DNA from: Bacteroidota bacterium
GTDB taxonomy: Bacteria; Bacteroidota; Bacteroidia; M30B66
Assembly (NCBI GenBank): GCA_947460255.1
Contig: CANHIS010000004.1
Span: 14,609 to 78,608 of the forward strand
Direction of reading: 5' to 3'
DNA: 64,000 nt
Of this stretch, positions 21,801 to 31,811 are shown one piece after another (the first letter of the stretch is position 1; every line of letters begins with the position of its first letter). The notes under the pieces are model-generated. The model saw only the letters and a program-made list of their open reading frames with translations, did no database searches and was not told the DNA's origin. The translations under genes and the position numbers were made by a program.

Positions 21801-22888
21801 GCTTTCTCTGCCGCTTCTTGCGCTAATCTATCAGCTTCGGCTTTTGCTTGATCCTCTGCACGCGCTTTTGCTTCTGCATCTTTTTTGGCTTTATCTGCCG
21901 CTTCTTGCGCTAATCTATCGGCTTCAGCTTTGGCTTTTGCATCTGCTTTGGCCTTTTCCTCAGCCTCTCTTTTTGCTTTATCTGCCGCTTCTTGTGCTAA
22001 GCGATCAGCCTCTGCTTTGGCTTTTGCATCTGCTTTGGATTTATCTTCAGCCTCCTTTTTGGCTTGCTCAGCCGCCAAACGAGCATCGCGTTCGGCCTTT
22101 TCTTGGGCTAATTTTGCTTCTAATGCTGCTCGGTCTTGTTCTGCTTTTGAAGCCAATGCAGCCTCACGTTCTACCCGCGCTTTTTCTTCTGCAGCTTTAC
22201 GCGCCTCTAACTCGGATTGAGCTTTGGCTGCTGCAAGTGCGTCGGCTTCTGCTTTGGCTTTGGCAATTTCGGCACGCTCTGCTTCAATTTGTGCTTGTCG
22301 AGCTGCTTCTTTGGCTGCTTCTTCGGCTTTACGTGTAGAATCAGCTTTTGCAGCTTGATCAGCTTCTTTGCGATTCGCAGCGCGTTGTTCAGCTTCAACA
22401 GCAGCAACGTATTCTTTCTTTTGTCGGCTTGTTGCTTTTTGAAAATTCTCTGAATAATCAAACGCTTCATTGTCCTGATCGAAGGCAATTTTGTATTTGA
22501 ACTCGAAATTGATGTCGGCAGTTTTCCTGTGAAGATTGATAACCCCTAATTCGTTAAGCTGAGCTACTTCTGTTCCAACTAAATCGGCTGGACAATACGT
22601 GCTAATTTCGATTTTTGTTGGAGCATGGCCTGGTTGTTCGAGGTAAGCTTCACATTGTTTGTTTACTCCAACGCGCATCTGGAATTTACCGGTGGCAACA
22701 TCAAAACGGAGGTACTCATTTTTTCCGCCACAAACTAGTTTGATCACAGCATCAGGACTTAAAGATCCGTCGGCGCCGCGAAGCTCTCCATTGAAAATGA
22801 GAAAATCTTTTCTTTCTGGCTGCGCTAGGGCAACACCTACTATTTGAAGGAAAAATAAATTGAATAGGAATATTCTGATTAGGTTCAT
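18890..22888 (-). CDS. Secreted protein with a very long A/E/K/R-rich helical repeat (TolA-like composition)
   Basis: Signal peptide MNLIRIF...ALA-Q, ~140-aa globular N-terminal region, ~1100 aa of AEEKARQEALAKAEADRLAKEAADKAKRD-type repeats and a short C-terminal domain. Confidence 0.8.
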   Translation of the reverse strand: MNLIRIFLFNLFFLQIVGVALAQPERKDFLIFNGELRGADGSLSPDAVIKLVCGGKNEYLRFDVATGKFQMRVGVNKQCEAYLEQPGHAPTKIEISTYCPADLVGTEVAQLNELGVINLHRKTADINFEFKYKIAFDQDNEAFDYSENFQKATSRQKKEYVAAVEAEQRAANRKEADQAAKADSTRKAEEAAKEAARQAQIEAERAEIAKAKAEADALAAAKAQSELEARKAAEEKARVEREAALASKAEQDRAALEAKLAQEKAERDARLAAEQAKKEAEDKSKADAKAKAEADRLAQEAADKAKREAEEKAKADAKAKAEADRLAQEAADKAKKDAEAKARAEDQAKAEADRLAQEAAEKAKKDADAKARAEAQAKAEADRLAKEAAEKAKKEAEDLARKEALAKAEADRLAQEAADKAKRDAEEKARQEAIAKAEAERLAKEAQEKAKRDAEEKARQEAFAKAQAERDAAERAKAEAIEKARLEALAKAEADRIAQEAADKAKRDAEEKARQEALAKAEAERIAKEAADKAKREADEKARQESLAKVAADKAKADAEEKARREAEEKARQEALAKAQAEKEAADKAKREADEKARQEALAKAETDRLAKEAAEKARMEAEEKARQEAVAKAAAEKAKADAEEKARREAEEKARQEAVAKAAAEKAKADAEEKARREAEEKARQEALAKAQAEKEAADKAKKEADEKARQEALAKAEADRLAQAAADKAKRDAEEKARQEAVAKAAADKAKADAEEKARRDAEEKARQEAVAKAAAEKAKADAEEKARRDAEEKARIEALAKAQAEKEAADKAKRDAEEKARQEALAKAEADRLAKEAADKARKDEDERLRKEAAAKAEADRLAKEAADKAKRDAEEKIRQEAIAKAEADRIAKEAADKAKREADEKARQEAIALAAAEKAKADAELRAKVEAEAKTAAEARAKAEAERLAKEAEEKARRDAEEKARLEAVAKAAAEKAKAEAEEKARRDAEEKARQEAIAKAAAEKAKAEAEAKAKAEAEAKAIAEKAAADKAKKEAEEAALQKKLEEEKAAAEAAAKAKAEADAKAKAEAEKARKAAEEQARIDKAAAEQARVLKMEADAKEAERKAYDEKARKEAEAAAKAKAEAEAKAKSESVEKARQEAVAKAAADKAKAEADAKAKADAAEKARQETIAKVEADRVAKEAADKAKREAEEKARQEAIAKAAADKAKADADAKAKADATEKARLESIAKAGEDKAKADADAKAKAEATEKARQESKSVATRVKEKIAEMDKAGVKDENVTLKTLDPAVQTPTKWAYINFGDGKGNIELSKEEFTEYAKRYKPAVK
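19080..22400 (-). repeat. Degenerate coding tandem repeat (~29-aa and shorter units)
   Basis: Recurrent EEKARQEA and KAEADRLA units in the translation; boundaries approximate. Confidence 0.85.
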
Positions 22889-23073
22889 TGCGGACAATAC
22901 GCTTACAAGCAGTTTTCAGGAATTTCAAGCAAATCTAACAAAACAGGCCGCATTTTCATTACAAGGCGAGGTGAAAGTAACAGAAGATTTGAACAATTTT
23001 TAAAGTGCCTGATGCGCAAAAGCATTCAACCACGAGGTGGATTATGGCCAAATGTTAAAAATGTTCATTTGCA

Positions 23074-24012
23074 TTAAAGCTTTGCCACCAGCATATTGTT
23101 CGCCTTATAACTTGCTGCCATGAGATCTTTCGCAATGAGGTGTTCTATGAATCCTGAGATTGCATCTACAGTGCGCATTTTGGCGAAAGGTCTTGCATAA
23201 ACCATGCTTACTTCTCGCACCGGCATTGGATCGGCGAAGAAGATTACCTTTTCTTTTCGCGCAATGGGTAAAGATTGGTAAAAAAGCTCTGGAATCAAGG
23301 TTAAGCCTCCAAATTCATCCACAAGATTGAGCAACGTTTCGAAAGAGCTGGCTTCTAACTTAAGATTCTTCGGCGTGTTTTGCTTCTTTTTCAGCGAACA
23401 AAGGTTGATGAATTGCTCCCTCAGGCAGTGGCCTTCTTCCAAGAGCCAAACCTGCTGATTTCGAACATCTTCTGGCAATAAATACTTTTTATTCAGTCCA
23501 GAATCTCCGTAAACCATCAGGGCTTCATAATATAAAACTCGCTTATCGATGTTTTCGCCTGGTAGCGGAGTGGCGAGAATGCCAGCATCTATTGCACCTT
23601 CGCGTAACGATCGAATGATATTGCTCGTGGTACGTTCGCTCACATCGAGCTCTAGGTCTGGATATGCTTCCATCAAACCCCGTAAAATCCTTGGAAGTAA
23701 CGAATTGGCAATGGTTGGAATAATTCCAATGCGGATTGTTCCTCCGATCTTTCCATGCATTTCTTTTACACGATCGTTGAGGACTCTTAAATGTGCCAAA
23801 ACATTTCGTGCATCTTCCACAATTTGCTTTCCAGCATCGGTAGTAACGGGAGGATTGCTTTTCCGATCAAAAATAAGTAAGCCCAATTCTTCTTCGAGCT
23901 TTTTTACCATGGCGCTCAAAGTTGCTTGGGTAACAAAGCAAGCATCCGCCGCGCGGGTAAAATTCTTCAAACGATCAACGGCAACAATGTATTCAAGCTG
24001 TTGGATATTCAT
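23074..24012 (-). CDS. oxyR: LysR family hydrogen-peroxide sensor OxyR
   Basis: LysR HTH (NFTRAADACFVTQATLS); LLEEGHCLREQFINLC has both redox cysteines at OxyR C199/C208 spacing. Confidence 0.88.
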   Translation of the reverse strand: MNIQQLEYIVAVDRLKNFTRAADACFVTQATLSAMVKKLEEELGLLIFDRKSNPPVTTDAGKQIVEDARNVLAHLRVLNDRVKEMHGKIGGTIRIGIIPTIANSLLPRILRGLMEAYPDLELDVSERTTSNIIRSLREGAIDAGILATPLPGENIDKRVLYYEALMVYGDSGLNKKYLLPEDVRNQQVWLLEEGHCLREQFINLCSLKKKQNTPKNLKLEASSFETLLNLVDEFGGLTLIPELFYQSLPIARKEKVIFFADPMPVREVSMVYARPFAKMRTVDAISGFIEHLIAKDLMAASYKANNMLVAKL

Positions 24013-24020
24013 AAATTTCG

Positions 24021-24057
24021 ATAGATAATATCAATGTCAAAAATAGAAAAAATCAGT
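24021..24057. promoter_or_regulatory. OxyR operator
   Basis: ATAG-ataatat-CAAT-gtcaaaa-ATAG-aaaaaat-CAGT matches the ATAG-n7-CTAT-n7-ATAG-n7-CTAT spacing and lies directly upstream of oxyR. Confidence 0.75.
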
Positions 24058-24080
24058 TTTCTCTATTTGATTATGCTATT

Positions 24081-24088
24081 TACTTTTG
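24081..24088 (+). promoter_or_regulatory. -7 promoter element (TACTTTTG) divergent from oxyR
   Basis: TAnnTTTG consensus beginning 24 nt past the end of the OxyR operator. Confidence 0.6.
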
Positions 24089-24091
24089 CCG

Positions 24092-24250
24092 GTGTTATTC
24101 GTTTAGCATTTTACTTTTTCGAAGCAACATTCAAGAATTCCCAATTGGCTCAGCATATAGTATCACGGGGCGGATTACCATAAATAGTTAGTATTTCACA
24201 ACCAACCAAAAAACGGAGCTCGCATCCATCACTGCGGCTCCGTTTTAGTT
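24092..24250 (+). ncRNA. Candidate OxyR-activated small RNA (OxyS analogue)
   Basis: Operator, promoter box and terminator enclose ~155 nt with no substantial downstream ORF; inference only. Confidence 0.4.
24208..24250. terminator. Bidirectional terminator (lhgO and candidate sRNA)
   Basis: aaaaaacggagc-t-cgca-tccatcac-tgcg-gctccgttttagtttt. Confidence 0.8.
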
Positions 24251-24268
24251 TTATTAGGGTGTGTTGAA

Positions 24269-25480
24269 CTATTTGGCTTGCAATTTTTCAAGTGCCATTT
24301 TGCTCACCGTTTCGCCGATAGCCAACGATGAAGTAGCAGCTGGAGAAGGCGCGTTGAGTACATTGATTACAAAATCTTTTTCCATGATTTTAAAATCGTC
24401 GAGCAAACCACCAGTGCGGTCGCAGGCTTGAGCACGAACCCCAGCGCCAGCAGGAACGAGATCCTCCTCACGAATTTCGGGCACCAATTTTTGAAGTGCT
24501 TTGGTAAAGGCCGACTTGAAAAACGATCTGTAATACTCACCGATGCCTGTTTTGTAATATTTCACAGCCACTTTTCTGAATCCAGGCCAACTTAGTGATC
24601 CCCAAAGGTCTTTGAAACTTACTTGACTCATTTTGTATCCTTCTCGTTTGAAGGCGAATACAGCATTCGGCCCAGCTTCAACACCACCGCCAATCATGCG
24701 AGTAAAGTGCACGCCAAGGAACGGGAAATTTGGATCTGGAACTGGATAGATGAGGCCTTTTACTAAGTGTCGGCGATCTTCTCGCAATTCGTAATATTCT
24801 CCACGGAATGGTATGATGCGCACGTCGAGGTTTTCCTCTGTAAGCGAGGCAATTCTATCAGAAAACAATCCAGCACAATTGATCACCAGTTTCGAAGAAA
24901 AGGTTTTGCCTTCGGCATCTACTTCGGCTCCGCCGGATGATTTACGAATTCCGGTTACCTTGTGGTTGGTGAATACCTCTCCGCCTTTTTCACGGATGAT
25001 TTTGCACATCACACGAGAAACTTCTGCGTAATCAATGATTCCGGTTTGAGGCACTCTAATGCCTTGAATTCCGGTACAATGTGGTTCGAATTGACGAATT
25101 TCTTCGGCTGTAATTTTCCGAAGGCCCCCTAATCCGTTTTCAACTCCTCGCTGATACAAATTTTCGAGCAGTGGAAGTTCCGCTTCGGTTGTGGCTACAA
25201 TCACCTTTCCACACAAGTCGAATGGAATGTTATTTTCACGGGCAAACTTGAGCATCAACTCATAGCCTCGAATACAATTGAGTGCCTTAAGACTTCCGGG
25301 CTTGTAGTAAATTCCTGAGTGTATTACGCCCGAATTGTTTCCTGTTTGGTGGAGCGCGACTTCGTTTTCCTTTTCTAAAACGAGCACCTTTAAAGTAGCA
25401 TCAGATTCGATGAGATTTAACGCAGTTGCTAATCCTACGATTCCTCCACCTACAATTATACAGTCGTAATGTTTTTCCAT
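24269..25480 (-). CDS. lhgO: L-2-hydroxyglutarate oxidase
   Basis: GGGIVG FAD motif; HQTGNNSGVIHSGIYYKPGSLKA, IYPVPDPNFPFLGVH and NAPSPAATSSL motifs. Confidence 0.92.
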   Translation of the reverse strand: MEKHYDCIIVGGGIVGLATALNLIESDATLKVLVLEKENEVALHQTGNNSGVIHSGIYYKPGSLKALNCIRGYELMLKFARENNIPFDLCGKVIVATTEAELPLLENLYQRGVENGLGGLRKITAEEIRQFEPHCTGIQGIRVPQTGIIDYAEVSRVMCKIIREKGGEVFTNHKVTGIRKSSGGAEVDAEGKTFSSKLVINCAGLFSDRIASLTEENLDVRIIPFRGEYYELREDRRHLVKGLIYPVPDPNFPFLGVHFTRMIGGGVEAGPNAVFAFKREGYKMSQVSFKDLWGSLSWPGFRKVAVKYYKTGIGEYYRSFFKSAFTKALQKLVPEIREEDLVPAGAGVRAQACDRTGGLLDDFKIMEKDFVINVLNAPSPAATSSLAIGETVSKMALEKLQAK

Positions 25481-25587
25481 GAGCGGCAAAAATACAACGC
25501 GAATTGGCTTGATTGCAAGGAAAATGAGTGGATTTTAAATAAAAAAACCAGCCTTGTGAGCCGGTCTTCATTTAAAAGGTTAAACAT

Positions 25588-25749
25588 TTAAGGGTACTGA
25601 TACCTCGCCATGCACCATGTAAGAAGTGCTTCACGCTCAGGCTCTAGTAGCCGCTGGATTGCTTTCATGAGTTCTTTGCGAAAGAGGGCCGCATCAAAAC
25701 TCACATTCTCGAGAATCATTTTGCTGTATTCCAACATCGATGTTGCCAT
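25588..25749 (-). CDS. Small Bacteroidota hypothetical protein
   Basis: MLEYSKMILENVSFDAALFRKELMKA pattern recalled from a small conserved family; ATG at 25749 chosen as start. Confidence 0.65.
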   Translation of the reverse strand: MATSMLEYSKMILENVSFDAALFRKELMKAIQRLLEPEREALLTWCMARYQYP

Positions 25750-25912
25750 GAGAACTGAATTTAAGGGTTCGTTTGGCTTGTTCATGACATGTAAAACGAC
25801 CAAAAGCCAAATTGTTGTAACAACAATCACTTTTAACGTTCATTCACAATTCAATAAAAACCAAAGTACAATTCAGTTCAAAAGCAATGATGATTTAAGT
25901 TGGAAACTCTGT

Positions 25913-26767
25913 TTAAGCAGGCAGGTTGATGACCACATCTTTGTAGAAACGAAATCTAACTTTCTCAGGGATTAACCGAGGATGGATGCGGGTATTCAAA
26001 ACTTCCTTCACTTTCATACGGAGATCTTTTCGAGAGGTTGCATGAATGATAAAAGATTCTCCAATGGCCTTTGCAGAAAGGTCGTTTTCGTTACGTTCCT
26101 TTACCATAAAAACCAAGCGATTATGTGTAGGTTGATCGGCCCATTTATAAATCAGCATCCAATGTAAGGCTGCGCCAATGATCACGAAAACATGAAAAAT
26201 TTCATGTGAGCCTAAAAATCCTGGAATGACTTCTCCTATTCGCAGAAAGTCGATCATCGCGCCCAAGGTGTAGGCAATACCACCATAAATAGCGAAGGAA
26301 ATATTTTTAAATCCATACATCATCCATGCTTTAATCATCGAACTTAAGGCCGACCAACCCATGGCGAAGAACACGCTCAAGATTAACCATTCGGGCAATT
26401 GATCGATTAAAATAACAGTGAGCAACAAACCTGTAATTGCCACCACCCATAAAAACACCAACATGCCCCAGCGCCATCTTCCTCGAAAAAGAATCACATG
26501 AATTGGAGTGGCAGTGCCGGCGATCATGGTAAAAATGGCAGCATAATCGAGCCGACGAAAAACTTGACGGCCTAAACCAGGCTCTAGTGCATGGTAGATG
26601 CCGCTCATCATAAATACGAACACAATGCCAGCCATGAAAATAAGCAGTGAAGCAACGCGGACTTTGTTTCCCCAGCCTTTGCGGATAAGAATGTAGCCAG
26701 TGCACAATGTAACAATACCCGCCAATAGGTGGGTCCAGCTTGAAATGGGTTGGTAAAATCCTAACAT
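25913..26767 (-). CDS. Hemolysin III/PAQR family membrane protein with C-terminal HicB-like domain
   Basis: SWTH, SGIYH, RRLDYAAIFTMIAGT.TP and HEIFHVFV motifs, followed by a ~70-aa soluble tail. Confidence 0.85.
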   Translation of the reverse strand: MLGFYQPISSWTHLLAGIVTLCTGYILIRKGWGNKVRVASLLIFMAGIVFVFMMSGIYHALEPGLGRQVFRRLDYAAIFTMIAGTATPIHVILFRGRWRWGMLVFLWVVAITGLLLTVILIDQLPEWLILSVFFAMGWSALSSMIKAWMMYGFKNISFAIYGGIAYTLGAMIDFLRIGEVIPGFLGSHEIFHVFVIIGAALHWMLIYKWADQPTHNRLVFMVKERNENDLSAKAIGESFIIHATSRKDLRMKVKEVLNTRIHPRLIPEKVRFRFYKDVVINLPA

Positions 26768-26925
26768 GGTGCGTCCTTTTGCTTGATTAACGGGATTATT
26801 GATTGATTTGTTGGTGGAAATCAAAACAAAAACCTACAGCAAAATCGTCTTCCAAGGTGTTGCAACAACACTTACTTAAAACCCGCCACAGCACAGACAA
26901 TTAGAGAAGAAAGTGGGGCAAAAGA

Positions 26926-26981
26926 AAATCCCTGATGCAGGAAAACAATCTAGGCGACAGCCTTTCTTACATCAGGGATTT
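26926..26981 (-). terminator. Long branched hairpin, probable terminator of the ABC-F gene
   Basis: aaatccctgatg ... catcagggattt 12-bp stem with an inner aggc-gaca-gcct hairpin; T-rich tail on the minus strand. Confidence 0.6.
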
Positions 26982-26994
26982 AAAAACAGGTAAT

Positions 26995-28647
<1,653 letters not shown>

Positions 28648-28787
28648 CTAAAAGAGATATTTATTCAGTTGCTTTCAACCTTGATTTTTATTCTCTTTTC
28701 AATTAAAATCCTATAACTTCGGCGTTTGATCATTTTTTATAAAATCGAAGAAGTTTTCGAAAATAACCAAGAAAAGATTTCGCAGCC

Positions 28788-30110
28788 GTGTGGAAAAAAG
28801 TAATTGAGTTATTCGACAGGTTTAGTGTTTGGATGGCAAAGCCAGTAGGCGATCCTATAGCAGATAAAATAAACAGAATCTCAACTGCAATTTTGTTGGT
28901 GAATCTTTTGCTCGCCACTGTTTTCGGGACTGTATCATTTATTTTTGATTATCCTTTGATTGGATGGATCACATTTACTGCTCATCCAGTTTATGCATTC
29001 GGGATTTATATTGCCCGAAAAGGCCATATTGATTTATGCAAAGTGCTTCTGCTCCTTCATGCATATTTAATGATTTTCGCACAAGTGATCATCAACTCAA
29101 ACAGTTCGCATGTTTCGTTGTATTATTTACCTGCAATAACCTGCACAATGCTTTTTTTACAGGGAAACACAAGATTTTTAGGTCGTTTTCTTGCAATTTT
29201 TGGCGCAGGCTTGCTGATGATTTCAGAAGTGGTGGTTTTTCCAGGTATTGGCGCGGAGATCACCGAAAAGGTTCGCTTCATGGACCAAGTAGCCAATGTG
29301 ATTGGAGCCGTTAGCATTACGATGTTTGCGATGTATTTTTTATTGAAATTCAACGATGAAGTGCAACAGAAGCTCAAAATTCAAACTGAAGAATATGAGC
29401 GAATGAATCAACATTTGCTTTCATCCAACAACACCAAAACACGGTTGTTCTCTATTATTAGTCACGACTTAAGAAACCCTTTGATATCCATCAAGAGCTC
29501 TGTTTCGGTAATTCGGGAACCTGAGTTTCCTGAAGAAGAAAAAAGTGCATTGCTCGAAGAGCTCGAGAAACGCGTAGATTATTCGATGAACCTAATGAAC
29601 AACCTACTCATTTGGTCGCGAACACAATTGAATGGCATTCAGTTTCAGCCCGAAATTATCGAATTGAGCGATTTGGCCAGAAGGGTAACAAATCAAATGG
29701 AAGCGATGGCTCAAATCAAAAAAGTGAGCATTCAATTGAACTTCCTCAACGTTCCAGTTTTGGTGAATGTAGATAAAAACATGATCGAAATTGTGCTACG
29801 CAACTTGATCTCAAATGCCATTAAGTTTACGCAAGCGGGCGGTTTTGTGAAAATCCATGGTGCGTTAATCAATGGTAAATTTATCACCACAGTAGCCGAT
29901 TCAGGCGTTGGAATTGATCTTGAATCTTTAGAAAAAATCCGAAATCAGATTTTCTACACCTCGCCAGGCACAGAAAAGGAAAAAGGTTCTGGATTAGGTT
30001 TGATGCTCTCTCGGGAATTTCTAGCATCCCACAACTCCGAACTGATGATCGACTCTTCGCCCGGGGCTGGAACCAGAATCTCCTTCAAGTTGGATGTTGT
30101 AGATCACTGA
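28788..30110 (+). CDS. Membrane sensor histidine kinase (no adjacent response regulator)
   Basis: Multiple N-terminal TM segments; H-box IISHDLRNP, N-box NLISNAIKFT, DSGVG and GSGLGL motifs. Confidence 0.9.
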   Translation: MWKKVIELFDRFSVWMAKPVGDPIADKINRISTAILLVNLLLATVFGTVSFIFDYPLIGWITFTAHPVYAFGIYIARKGHIDLCKVLLLLHAYLMIFAQVIINSNSSHVSLYYLPAITCTMLFLQGNTRFLGRFLAIFGAGLLMISEVVVFPGIGAEITEKVRFMDQVANVIGAVSITMFAMYFLLKFNDEVQQKLKIQTEEYERMNQHLLSSNNTKTRLFSIISHDLRNPLISIKSSVSVIREPEFPEEEKSALLEELEKRVDYSMNLMNNLLIWSRTQLNGIQFQPEIIELSDLARRVTNQMEAMAQIKKVSIQLNFLNVPVLVNVDKNMIEIVLRNLISNAIKFTQAGGFVKIHGALINGKFITTVADSGVGIDLESLEKIRNQIFYTSPGTEKEKGSGLGLMLSREFLASHNSELMIDSSPGAGTRISFKLDVVDH

Positions 30111-30211
30111 TACATCTCATCTTCAGAGATTTTCCACAGCCATCGTGAATAACTTCATAGGGCAGATATGCTCCCATCAGCTATCTTCACACTTCTAATT
30201 TATCCCCGCCC

Positions 30212-31759
30212 ATGAAAAAACATCTCCTCTTGTTGGGGCTTCCCGCCCTACTCTTTTTGCAATCCTGCTCGCAGAAAGACGAAATTGCAGATACCACACA
30301 GCAAATCAGCTCGAAGTCTGCACTGGTAAAGAAAAAAGTAATTACCGAAGCTCCCCAAGGTGAAGCTATTTCGAAACACCAACTAGATCAATATGTAGTT
30401 GGGAAATTGGAAGCTGAGCGCGATTTCCGTTGGACCAACGAAGACCTCAAAACACTTTGGTCGGCTTTACAATATGGTGATCAATCGCTCGCCATCGGTT
30501 ATAAAATTGCCGGAATTGCTGACCTTACGCCTACATTACATGAAATAAACATTCAAAAAGGCGAATGGAAACAAGTGCACGATGAATTGATTTCGTTGAT
30601 TAAAAACGAATACTTCAAATCGACTGGCACTGCACTCAAATGGGAAGAAGTATTGGTGGAAGATGACCAGATTTTGCCAATCATCACCATCAAAATGACG
30701 GATAAAAACGTACTTACCGCTCTGGCTAATCTCGAGAATGTACGTTACCTAGAACCGCTCGATTTTTGGCCTGACCAAATCGATAGATCATCTTCAGGAT
30801 GCGATGGGTCCTCAACAACTGTTAACTCTACCGATTTCACCACTATCACTCCAGGTGCAAAATTACCTTGGAACTTCAACAACATCGGCGTGCCAACTGC
30901 TTGGAATACGGCACAAGGGCAAGGCATCACTATCGGTGTGATTGATGCAGGAATCAGCTCTACACAGTCGTTGTTAGGTTCTCAATTTACCAACGGATTG
31001 TCTTCAGGTAGAACCATTACTACTGATTATACTTTGGGCTCATCAGCTTATACTTCATGCACACATGGCACTTCAATGTCCGGTTTGGCTGCCGGACCAA
31101 GAAACGACCTCAACAATACGACCGGGATTGCCTACAAATCGAATCTGCACTTTATCCGTGCTTGCAACGATGTAGTGCTCGACGGATCATCAGAAAGAAC
31201 TGGTGTGAAGAATGCTTTAGTTAGAATGGGCAACCGCACAGATGTTCGCATTGTGAGCATGAGTATCGGAACGCCATTCTACAGTTCAGTGCTTTATGAT
31301 GGAGTAGTTTACGCGAACAACAAAGGCAAAATGCTTTTCGCGGCGGCTGGTACTTCATTTTCATGGACAAGCTGGTATGGTGTAATTTATCCTGCTGCAC
31401 ACGGCGAATGTATAGCTGTTACTGGAGTTAACGAAAGCAGTTCAACGTGCAATGTTTGCCATGATGGCTCTCAGGTAGACTTTACAGTACCAATGGAAAG
31501 AAATTCAAATTCAGATCGCAATACACTTTCATTGGCTGGAAGCGGAAATAACCCAAGCTATGTAGGTGGAAGTTCTAGTGCAACAGCTATGGCAGCAGGT
31601 GTAGCTGCATTGGTTTGGTCGGCTCGTCCAACTTTAACCAGATCGCAAGTGTACACAGCAATCAGAAATACTTCACAATACTATCCTTCGCTTAACAGCA
31701 GCCGAGGATATGGAAACATCAATGCAGCAGCAGCAGTTTCAGCAGCAATGACTTACTAA
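30212..31759 (+). CDS. S8 subtilisin-like serine protease lipoprotein
   Basis: Lipobox LQSC; catalytic triad motifs VIDAG, HGTSM and GGSSSAT. Confidence 0.88.
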   Translation: MKKHLLLLGLPALLFLQSCSQKDEIADTTQQISSKSALVKKKVITEAPQGEAISKHQLDQYVVGKLEAERDFRWTNEDLKTLWSALQYGDQSLAIGYKIAGIADLTPTLHEINIQKGEWKQVHDELISLIKNEYFKSTGTALKWEEVLVEDDQILPIITIKMTDKNVLTALANLENVRYLEPLDFWPDQIDRSSSGCDGSSTTVNSTDFTTITPGAKLPWNFNNIGVPTAWNTAQGQGITIGVIDAGISSTQSLLGSQFTNGLSSGRTITTDYTLGSSAYTSCTHGTSMSGLAAGPRNDLNNTTGIAYKSNLHFIRACNDVVLDGSSERTGVKNALVRMGNRTDVRIVSMSIGTPFYSSVLYDGVVYANNKGKMLFAAAGTSFSWTSWYGVIYPAAHGECIAVTGVNESSSTCNVCHDGSQVDFTVPMERNSNSDRNTLSLAGSGNNPSYVGGSSSATAMAAGVAALVWSARPTLTRSQVYTAIRNTSQYYPSLNSSRGYGNINAAAAVSAAMTY

Positions 31760-31777
31760 TCTATCTTCTTATAAATG

Positions 31778-31811
31778 AAAAACGCCCGACAAACCATCGG
31801 GCGTTTTTTTT
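31778..31811. terminator. Bidirectional terminator
   Basis: aaaaacgcccga-caaacca-tcgggcgttttt between convergent genes. Confidence 0.9.

Noticed and set aside
19231-22488. Many overlapping antisense and alternate-frame ORFs (up to 292 aa)
   Set aside because: Shadows of the low-complexity A/E/K codon repeat, with no independent coding signals.
18890-22888. Calling the helical protein tolA
   Set aside because: The similarity is compositional only; it has a cleavable signal, no TolA C-terminal domain and no tolQR/tolB context.
24073-24183. 36-aa ORF MLFTFAGVIRL... divergent from oxyR
   Set aside because: Its ATG lies upstream of the predicted -7 box and TSS and it has no recognisable family; kept only as an alternative to the sRNA idea.
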